Of a stretch of DNA of 19,457 nucleotides, positions 1-6,366 are shown one piece after another. Every line of letters starts with the position of its first letter. Position 1 is the first letter of the stretch. This DNA is from Candidatus Zixiibacteriota bacterium (GTDB taxonomy: Bacteria > Zixibacteria > MSB-5A5 > WJJR01). A program made the translations under genes and the position numbers. The stretch covers positions 1 through 19,457 of the forward strand of contig JAVHPP010000026.1 in the NCBI GenBank assembly GCA_036170655.1. Reading direction: 5' to 3'. The notes below the pieces were generated by a model. It was given only the letters and a program-made list of their open reading frames with translations. It was not told the origin of the DNA and ran no database searches.

Positions 1-168
1 GATGAGACCGATGGCAATCGGAATTGAGGTCGTGCCGGCGTTGAATTTGTTCAGCTGCGGCACGACACCCGGGAACAGGTATCCTGCCCCCACACCCAGC
101 GCCATGGCGAGAAAGATCCAGACGGTTAGGAACCGGTCGAGGAAGGAGAGGCGGCGGTTAGTCGGCAA
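1..168 (-). CDS. acr3: ACR3-family arsenite efflux transporter, N-terminal part (runs off the window edge)
   Basis: Manual minus-strand translation from TTG at 168 (GTG at 171 also possible) gives (M)[55 protein letters not shown], the characteristic ACR3 N-terminus. It overlaps the arsR stop and is not in the supplied ORF track. Confidence 0.9.
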   Translation of the reverse strand, partial: MPTNRRLSFLDRFLTVWIFLAMALGVGAGYLFPGVVPQLNKFNAGTTSIPIAIGLI

Positions 169-550
169 CACTCCCTCGGATAGAAGTTGGCGCACTCAAC
201 ACCGTTGCCAACCGGCACGATCCCTCTTTAATCAGCGCTTCCAATCGCTGGCGATCGCTGCGGAACGGTTCCGATTGCTCCCACTCCCCGCGCAGGGCTT
301 CGAGCACACGGCTGGCGGTCGGACTCAAGTCATGCCGCAGTGAGTAGAAGGCCCATGTCCGTTCGCGCCGGTATTCGACCCACGCCGCATTCTTGAGGTA
401 GGCGAGGTGACGCGAAATCTTTGGCTGTCCTGTGCCAATCACATGCTCGAGGTCACAAACACATATTTCCTTGTTGTATGACAACAGGTTAAGCAGCCTG
501 AGTCGAGTTGGGTCGGCTAACGCACGCAGGTCAGAGACAATCTTTTCCAT
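158..550 (-). CDS. arsR: ArsR/SmtB-family transcriptional repressor
   Basis: [13 protein letters not shown], the metal-binding EICVCDL motif and the [15 protein letters not shown]. Start moved to MEKIV (ATG 550; ATG 556 also possible). Lies directly upstream of acr3. Confidence 0.92.
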   Translation of the reverse strand: MEKIVSDLRALADPTRLRLLNLLSYNKEICVCDLEHVIGTGQPKISRHLAYLKNAAWVEYRRERTWAFYSLRHDLSPTASRVLEALRGEWEQSEPFRSDRQRLEALIKEGSCRLATVLSAPTSIRGSVAD

Positions 551-562
551 AATCATCCGTCT

Positions 563-578
563 ATACGTATTGACGAAT
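563..578. promoter_or_regulatory. Candidate ArsR operator (imperfect inverted repeat ATACG-N6-CGAAT)
   Basis: ATACGTATTGACGAAT sits 13 bp upstream of the arsR start. ArsR repressors typically autoregulate at such sites (inference). Confidence 0.35.
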
Positions 579-812
579 TGATTGTTTGCCAAGGCTTCGC
601 AATCTCCGGTAGGGCATTGCGAGTCTCTGACATCCATTTTTTCGATTTCGCACACTTAAAGGATCATTCGTCTCATCGCGAGCGCCACCCATCCTTAGAA
701 GGAAACGCCTTGGAAGCGCTGAACCCAGACTGGGAACGGTTTTTCAGGCGACCGTCAGACTGACAAGTCCGTGACAAACAACAGGTCCCCCAGATCTTGA
801 CAATCAGAGAGG

Positions 813-830
813 ATAGTTTCATGAAAGTAT
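813..830. promoter_or_regulatory. 18-bp near-perfect palindrome abutting a TTGACA -35-like hexamer (830-835)
   Basis: ATAGTTTCATGAAAGTAT has one mismatched pair and is AT-rich within a GC-rich context, upstream of fur. Confidence 0.45.
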
Positions 831-878
831 TGACATTGACGGACGACCCTGCGTAGATAACGGCAGTGAGATCGGGGT

Positions 879-897
879 GAACATGAATGTCATGTTC
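879..897. promoter_or_regulatory. Perfect 8-3-8 inverted repeat, candidate operator for the fur-feoB operon
   Basis: GAACATGA-ATG-TCATGTTC, followed by TGATAATG (Fur-box-like half site) at 904-911. Confidence 0.5.
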
Positions 898-937
898 TGC
901 CTATGATAATGGGCTGCGGCTTGGCAAGGAGACCGGA

Positions 938-1426
938 ATGAAAGAATCAACTTCGAAGCATGAATCTACGGCTGACGACACGGTTGTCGAACAACGAAAG
1001 ACTTTCGTCGCGTTCGTCAAGCGACGCGGACTCAAACGCTCGTCACAGCGCGGGACCGTGGTCGATCTCTTCCTCAACAACACACAGCATGTGTCCTGCG
1101 ATGATCTCTACAGTATTGTCCGCAAACGCGGGCTCAAGATCGGATACTCGACGGTCTACCGGACACTGAAGCTGCTCACCGCCGCCAATCTGGCGCGTGA
1201 GGTCAACTTTGGGGACGGGGTGACACGGTTCGACCACAACTACTCGTTTAATTTCCAGAACCACTATCACCTGATTTGCATGACCTGCGGTGATACGGTC
1301 GAATTCACGAGCAAGGAGATCGAGAAGAACCAGAAGGACATCGCCAAAAAGTTCGGCTTCGGGCCGCAGTATCACAAACTTGAGATCTACGGGCAGTGCC
1401 GCGCCTGCCGCTCCGCGAAGGACTGA
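938..1426 (+). CDS. fur: Fur-family metal-responsive transcriptional regulator
   Basis: GLKRSSQR, IGYSTVYRTLKLL, HYHLICMTCG and C-terminal CRAC motifs. AAGGAGA RBS precedes ATG 938. Confidence 0.93.
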   Translation: MKESTSKHESTADDTVVEQRKTFVAFVKRRGLKRSSQRGTVVDLFLNNTQHVSCDDLYSIVRKRGLKIGYSTVYRTLKLLTAANLAREVNFGDGVTRFDHNYSFNFQNHYHLICMTCGDTVEFTSKEIEKNQKDIAKKFGFGPQYHKLEIYGQCRACRSAKD

Positions 1427-1504
1427 CCCGGGACGGCAGCCCGGTTTTGCGGCCATCGTCGTGTCGCGACACAATACCGGACTGTCTTAGTCGACATTAG
1501 ACCC

Positions 1505-3487
1505 ATGGCCACTCCCGTCGCAACGTCGCCCTCACCTGCCCCGCCCGCTACTGCTGTACGTTCGATTGTTCTGGTCGGCAACCCCAATGTCGGAAAGAGT
1601 GTCATCTTCTCCTACCTGACGGGGAAGTATGTCACCGTGTCCAATTACCCCGGGACGACGGTCGAGATCACACGCGGAAAGGCCCGCGATCTCGTCCCCG
1701 GCATCGACGTGATCGACACGCCGGGTGTGCAGTCGCTATCGCCAGAGTCGGAGGATGAGCGCGTCACACGCGACGTTCTTCTCTCAAACCGGAATACCAC
1801 CGTCCTCTTGGTCGCCGACAGCAAGAATGCGCGTCGTACGCTGACTCTGCTTGTGACAGTCCTGGAATTGGGACGCCCCGTGGTTGTCGCGCTCAACATG
1901 TCCGATGAGGCGAAGTCGCGCGGAGTCACGTTCGATGCGGATTCGTTTTCCGGTATCACAGGGGTCGCCGCCATACCGACAGTGGCAGTGGAAGGCCGCG
2001 GACTGGACAAAGTAAAGAAAGCTCTGCTACGCGCCAGAACATGCCCCGAACCGGTCCGTTATCACCCAACGGTTGAAAGAGCAGTCGAGACATTGAGTGA
2101 GACCTTGCCCCGGACTAACATCGGTCCGCGCGCCCTGATTTTGGGTCTCTTGGCTGGCGATCCGGATCTGGCTGCCTTTCTGCGCGAATCGGTGACGGCC
2201 GACTTCTGGACTATGGTGGAGCACCACAAACAAGAGATCCGCCGCGCGTGCGGCCGCAGTCCTGCGGCAGTTATCGGTGGTGTGCGGCGTGCATGGGTCG
2301 AACAGATGGCGACCCGAATCTCGCACACCAATGAGCAGGGCCCGGAGTCCTGGACGGACAAGCTGGGACACTGGTCAATGCATCCCATCTGGGGCCTGCC
2401 GATCCTGCTTGGCGTACTGCTGGCCGTGTTCTGGTTTGTCGGCTTGTTTGGCGCCGGGACGGCGGTCAACTTTCTGGAAAACGTGATCTTCGGCAAGTAC
2501 CTGAATCCCTGGGCGACGTCGCTGGTCCATCTCGTGCCTTGGACATTCGTCCAGGATCTGCTGGTCGGCCCGTACGGTGTGATCACGATGGCGCTGACCT
2601 ACGCTTTTGCGATTGTGCTGCCTGTGGTGGGCACATTCTTCCTCGCGTTCGGCGCGCTGGAAGACTCCGGCTATCTGCCACGGCTCGCGGTAATGGTCGA
2701 TCGCCTGTTCCGGGCAATGGGACTGAATGGACGCGCGGTCCTGCCGATGGTTTTGGGACTGGGATGCGACACAATGGCGACGCTGACCACGCGCGTGCTG
2801 GATACCAAGAAAGAGCGCGTGATCGTAACGCTCCTGCTGGCGCTTGGCGTGCCCTGCTCGGCACAAATGGGCGTGATCCTGGGGATGCTCTCCGGACTGG
2901 CATTCTCCGCCACGATCATCTGGGTCGGGATCGTTCTCGGTGTATTATTCAGTGTGGGATTGTTGTCGTCGAAATTGCTGAAGGGGGAACGCTCCGATTT
3001 CATTCTGGAAATCTCGCCGTTGCGCTGGCCCAAGATCGGGAATATCGCCTCCAAGACGCTCGCGCGGATGGAATGGTACTTGAAGGAGGCGGCGCCGTTG
3101 TTTGTCTACGGAACAATTCTTCTCTTCATCATGGACAAGGCCAGTCTCCTGCCATGGATCGAGCGGGCTTCCGCTCCGGTGATCAAAGGGCTCCTGGGGT
3201 TGCCGCGGGAGGCGACGCAGGCGTTCATTGTCGGGTTTCTGCGGCGTGACTATGGCGCTGCCGGTCTATTTGTCCTGGCTCGGAATGGCGGTCTGGATCC
3301 GATCCAGGTTGTGACATCGCTGATCACAATTACCTTGTTCATGCCGTGCATAGCGAATTTCTTCGTCGTGATCAAAGAGCACGGTATGAAAGCGGCGATA
3401 CTGATGGGTTTGTTTATCATCCCCTTCGCGCTTTTGATCGGCGGGGCAGTCAATTTCACTCTTCGGGGGGTCGGATGGACCGGATGA
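1505..3487 (+). CDS. feoB: Ferrous iron transporter FeoB
   Basis: G motifs GNPNVGKS, NYPGTT, DTPG and NMSD; membrane motifs LEDSGYLPR, GLGC, PCSAQ and FILEI; 660 aa. Confidence 0.97.
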   Translation: MATPVATSPSPAPPATAVRSIVLVGNPNVGKSVIFSYLTGKYVTVSNYPGTTVEITRGKARDLVPGIDVIDTPGVQSLSPESEDERVTRDVLLSNRNTTVLLVADSKNARRTLTLLVTVLELGRPVVVALNMSDEAKSRGVTFDADSFSGITGVAAIPTVAVEGRGLDKVKKALLRARTCPEPVRYHPTVERAVETLSETLPRTNIGPRALILGLLAGDPDLAAFLRESVTADFWTMVEHHKQEIRRACGRSPAAVIGGVRRAWVEQMATRISHTNEQGPESWTDKLGHWSMHPIWGLPILLGVLLAVFWFVGLFGAGTAVNFLENVIFGKYLNPWATSLVHLVPWTFVQDLLVGPYGVITMALTYAFAIVLPVVGTFFLAFGALEDSGYLPRLAVMVDRLFRAMGLNGRAVLPMVLGLGCDTMATLTTRVLDTKKERVIVTLLLALGVPCSAQMGVILGMLSGLAFSATIIWVGIVLGVLFSVGLLSSKLLKGERSDFILEISPLRWPKIGNIASKTLARMEWYLKEAAPLFVYGTILLFIMDKASLLPWIERASAPVIKGLLGLPREATQAFIVGFLRRDYGAAGLFVLARNGGLDPIQVVTSLITITLFMPCIANFFVVIKEHGMKAAILMGLFIIPFALLIGGAVNFTLRGVGWTG

Positions 3488-3669
3488 CCTGCCCGCTGTG
3501 CGGTCTGGAGTTCGAAATCAACGCCAATACGCGCTGCGCCGGATGTTTCCTGAAAAAGAACTGCGAGAAGATCTGTTGTCCGCGGTGCGGGTACGAGACG
3601 GTGGCGGAATCGTCGATTGTGGGGTTTGCGAAGAAGCTCTTCGGCAAGCGGCCGAAGGGATCCGCGTGA
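3484..3669 (+). CDS. Small Cys-rich (8 Cys) feoB-associated protein, 61 aa
   Basis: ATGA overlap with the feoB stop. Sequence MTCPLCGLEFEINANTRCAGCFLKKNCEKICCPRCGYETVAESSIVGFAKKLFGKRPKGSA. Confidence 0.85.
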   Translation: MTCPLCGLEFEINANTRCAGCFLKKNCEKICCPRCGYETVAESSIVGFAKKLFGKRPKGSA

Positions 3670-3694
3670 GGGGTTCGTGCCCAAACCGGAGGAC

Positions 3695-3767
3695 TGTAGG
3701 GGCACGGCTTGCCGTGCTCACAGATGTCGGGGTGATCGGACCGGGCACGGCAAGAAGTACCCCTACA
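3695..3767. repeat. GTAG-type REP doublet (REPIN-like)
   Basis: GTAGGGGCACGGCTTGCCGTGCTC ... GGGCACGGCAAGAAGTACCCCTAC in inverted orientation. The left arm has a GTAG head and an internal palindrome. Confidence 0.75.
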
Positions 3768-3856
3768 ATGACCCAATCACTGACCAACTCAAGTCGACTC
3801 TTGTGCAGGATTCAATGAATGTGTGACTTCGTACCCCGTCTCGACTGAAGCCCCCC

Positions 3857-4519
3857 ATGCACTCCGACCACGGACACAAACGCGACGAGATACTCGAGGC
3901 CCTCTGGACGATGGCCGAAGATCAGCTGCAGACACGGGCGGATCTCGCGGCGCGCATGGAATCAACACGGCTTGATGAGATTCTCGCCGAAATGATCGCC
4001 GCAGGAGACGTCGCATACGACGGCGACAAAATCATTATTACCGAGTCGAGCCACCCCCGTGCGGCGGAGATTATCCGGCGCCACCGTCTCGCGGAACGGC
4101 TCTTCTGCGATTTGTTCGGCTTAGAAGAGCAATCATGGGAGGCCACGGCCTGTACCTTTGAACACATTCTGGATGAGAAAGTCACGGAGTCGGTGTGCAG
4201 CTTTCTCGGTCATCCGCCTGTGTGTCCCCACGGCAAGCCCATACCTCCGGGACGATGCTGCAACGGTGACCGCAAGCCGATTGAGCCATTGGTTGTTCCG
4301 CTTAAAGAACTGAAGGTTGGACAGGGCGGCAGGATCGTTTTCATCACTCCGCGCACCGCACGGCGGTTGAGCCGCCTCGCATCATACGGTGTCGTCCCGG
4401 GATCAGAACTGACGTTGCATCAACGGTTCCCCTCGTATGTGATCCGCATTGACCAGACCGATGTCGCTCTCGAAGGTGAAATCGCCAAAGAGATTTTTGT
4501 GAGGGTGGAGCGGGGATAG
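3857..4519 (+). CDS. DtxR/IdeR/MntR-family metal-dependent regulator with C-terminal FeoA domain
   Basis: RRHRLAERLF, ACTFEH and CPHGKPIP DtxR motifs, followed by a FeoA-like region (PLKELKVGQGGRI...RLASYGVVPGSEL...ALEGEIAKEIFV). Confidence 0.9.
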   Translation: MHSDHGHKRDEILEALWTMAEDQLQTRADLAARMESTRLDEILAEMIAAGDVAYDGDKIIITESSHPRAAEIIRRHRLAERLFCDLFGLEEQSWEATACTFEHILDEKVTESVCSFLGHPPVCPHGKPIPPGRCCNGDRKPIEPLVVPLKELKVGQGGRIVFITPRTARRLSRLASYGVVPGSELTLHQRFPSYVIRIDQTDVALEGEIAKEIFVRVERG

Positions 4520-4558
4520 GGACGTTAGGCGTGAATGCGTGCCGCTGACCTTTGCGCT

Positions 4559-4646
4559 TGTTGAAAAACCGGGCGGACAGGAGTGTCCGCCCCACCAAGG
4601 AATCAGAATCTGCAGGCCGGACACTCTTGTCCGGCTTTTTTCAACA
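4559..4646. mobile_element. MITE-like element: TGTTGAAAAA...TTTTTCAACA termini enclosing two REP-like palindromes; may also act as a bidirectional terminator
   Basis: 10-bp perfect terminal inverted repeat. Inner palindromes are GGCGGACA-GGAG-TGTCCGCC and GCCGGACA-CTCT-TGTCCGGC. Confidence 0.6.
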
Positions 4647-4777
4647 GACCTTGAATTCAGCGGCACACATATCCTCAACGATTCAGAGTATCACGGTCAC
4701 GGACACCCAACCGCCGGTTCGGTTGAAGAGTTGATTAAGACTTTGAGATAGATAGATTGCAGGTCGGGAGCGAATGG

Positions 4778-5668
4778 ATGCCCGAACTTCCCGACATCGT
4801 CGTGTACATCGAGGCCCTGGAACGTCGCATTCTCGGTCGGCCAATTGAGAAGATTGATATTCGCAACCCGTTTGTGTTGCGAACGGCCAGCCCGCCGATT
4901 GTCGCAGCACAGGGCCGGTGCGTGGCTGACCTGCGTCGGATCGGCAAGCGCATTGTCCTTGGCCTTGATGGCGGTCTGTTTGTCGTGATCCATCTGATGA
5001 TTGCTGGCCGATTGCGCTGGCGTGCCCCCGGAACAAAACCGGTGGGCGGCAAATTGACCCAGGCGGCATTCCACTTTCCCCATGGAATTCTCTTCCTGAC
5101 CGAGGCCGGGACGAAGCATCGTGCCTCGATCCATCTGGTTCAGGGAGAAGACGGCCTGCAGCCATTCGAGCGCGGCGGTCTTGAAGTGCTGGAGGCAACG
5201 ATCGATGCTTTCGCATCGTCTCTCCGCGCCGAGAATCACACTCTGAAGCGCGCCCTCACCGACCCGACTTTATTCAGCGGCATCGGCAACGCCTATTCCG
5301 ATGAAATCCTTCACCGCGCGCGCCTTTCGCCACTCACACTCACCGGCCGGATCTCGGATAGTGACATTGCGCGGCTGTTCGATTCGACGCGTGATACGCT
5401 GGCCGAGTGGACTCGACGCTTGCGTGCCGAATGCGGCGATCAGTTCCCGGAGGATGTGACCGCATTCCGCGAGGGCATGGCCGTGCACGGTCGATTCGGT
5501 CTCCCCTGCCCGGACTGCGGCGCGCCGGTGCAGCGAATCCGTTATGCTGACAACGAGACCAACTACTGCTCGCGCTGCCAGACCGGCGGAAAACTCCTCG
5601 CGGACCGGGCACTGTCACGTTTGCTCAAGTCAGACTGGCCGAAGTCGATCGATGAATTGGATGCGTGA
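4778..5668 (+). CDS. Fpg/Nei-family DNA glycosylase/AP lyase
   Basis: N-terminal MPELPD, RIGK, IHLMIAG, H2TH GIGNAYSDEIL and zinc finger CPDC...CSRC. Start set at ATG 4778 so that Pro2 is N-terminal. Confidence 0.93.
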   Translation: MPELPDIVVYIEALERRILGRPIEKIDIRNPFVLRTASPPIVAAQGRCVADLRRIGKRIVLGLDGGLFVVIHLMIAGRLRWRAPGTKPVGGKLTQAAFHFPHGILFLTEAGTKHRASIHLVQGEDGLQPFERGGLEVLEATIDAFASSLRAENHTLKRALTDPTLFSGIGNAYSDEILHRARLSPLTLTGRISDSDIARLFDSTRDTLAEWTRRLRAECGDQFPEDVTAFREGMAVHGRFGLPCPDCGAPVQRIRYADNETNYCSRCQTGGKLLADRALSRLLKSDWPKSIDELDA

Positions 5669-5723
5669 TGGATGGATAGCGCCGGATGGCTGTCGAGCGG
5701 AGAGGCATCGCGCCGACGCCCGC

Positions 5724-5786
5724 GTGCCACTGACCTTGGTCAGTGGTTTTCCCCCCGTGCAACCCACTGACTGAAGTCAGTGGCAC
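5724..5786. repeat. REP-like doublet
   Basis: GTGCCACTGAC-CTTG-GTCAGTGG ... CCACTGAC-TGAA-GTCAGTGGCAC: inverted arms, each with a perfect 8-bp hairpin. Confidence 0.7.
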
Positions 5787-5810
5787 ACAGAAATTCGAAC
5801 GGGAGTATCC

Positions 5811-5963
5811 AGGCCACCCGCCGCGGTGGTGGAGTGGATTGAGGGCTGGTACAACCGGGAACGCATGCACAGCAGCCTGGACGATCTCAGTCCGGTTGAG
5901 TTTGAGGAGCAGTTGGAAGGAAAATCTATCTAACCGAGTGTCAACGAAAACGGGGGAAGATCA
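5811..5963 (+). mobile_element. IS3-family remnant: transposase C-terminus plus right inverted repeat
   Basis: 5820-5933 translates as AAVVEWIEGWYNRERMHSSLDDLSPVEFEEQLEGKSI*, matching the YN..R.HSSL...SP..FE signature. It is followed by GTGTCAACGAAAACGGGGGAAGATCA, ending in CA. Confidence 0.85.
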
Positions 5964-6108
5964 ATGCTGAAAACGGGCCAATCTGCGATGCCGCGTCTGC
6001 TCCTATCCGCGAGCCCCCTATCGTATACTTGAGAAGCCTTCGCTACTGCGTGCCACGCGATATGCGTGTGACGCCATTGTGTCCTCGGGTACACAGAGTG
6101 ATATCTCC

Positions 6109-6148
6109 GCGTGGCCGCAATCTGTGATTGCGGTCGCCCGGAGGCCGA
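6109..6148 (+). repeat. GCGTGG double-hairpin repeat, copy 1
   Basis: GCGTGG-CCGCAATC-TGT-GATTGCGG-TCGCCC-GGA-GGCCGA; inverted partner at 6237-6279. Confidence 0.7.
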
Positions 6149-6236
6149 TTAGGGGGCTTCGTTTGGGCGGCGCAGATTGAACTTGTGTGGAGATTCCGCA
6201 GATTAGGGAGATTGTCGCGGCACGAGGCGGCTTCAG

Positions 6237-6279
6237 TTTTCGGCCTTTGGCCGACAGCGATCGGAGATCGCTGCCACGC
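6237..6279 (-). repeat. GCGTGG double-hairpin repeat, copy 2
   Basis: Reverse complement GCGTGG-CAGCGATC-TCC-GATCGCTG-TCGGCC-AAA-GGCCGA-AAA; 39/43 identical to 19405-19447. Confidence 0.8.
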
Positions 6280-6345
6280 TTGCCAAAGCAAAAGCTCCTG
6301 TCGGAAACAAGGGCTTTCGCATTCACGTTGCTTTCCCGCCGAGGC

Positions 6346-6366
6346 GGTGGGCGGAGCCCACCCTAC
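6346..6366 (-). repeat. Single GTAG-type REP overlapping the fumC stop codon
   Basis: Minus strand reads GTAG-GGTGGGC-TCC-GCCCACC; the TAG of GTAG is the fumC stop. Confidence 0.7.

Noticed and set aside
1484..1502. GTCTTAGTCGACATTAGAC upstream of feoB as a DtxR box
   Set aside because: Symmetry is imperfect and it lacks the CTAA half expected opposite TTAG.
2539..3249. 236-aa alternative-frame ORF within feoB
   Set aside because: Arg/Gly/Ala-rich off-frame composition; feoB is intact, so there is no evidence for a frameshift product.
3485..3487. Possible selenocysteine readthrough or fusion of feoB with the Cys-rich ORF
   Set aside because: The ORF is in a different frame with a standard ATGA coupling, and no SECIS-like hairpin was recognised.
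4539..4751. 70-aa ORF between dtxR-feoA and the glycosylase
   Set aside because: Mostly a translation of the palindromic element and has no clear RBS. The tail (AGSVEELIKTLR) could be a gene remnant, but I cannot support that.
5669..6362. CRISPR array or tRNA in the repeat-rich spacer
   Set aside because: The repeats are inverted and heterogeneous rather than regularly spaced direct repeats; no cloverleaf or T-loop motif.
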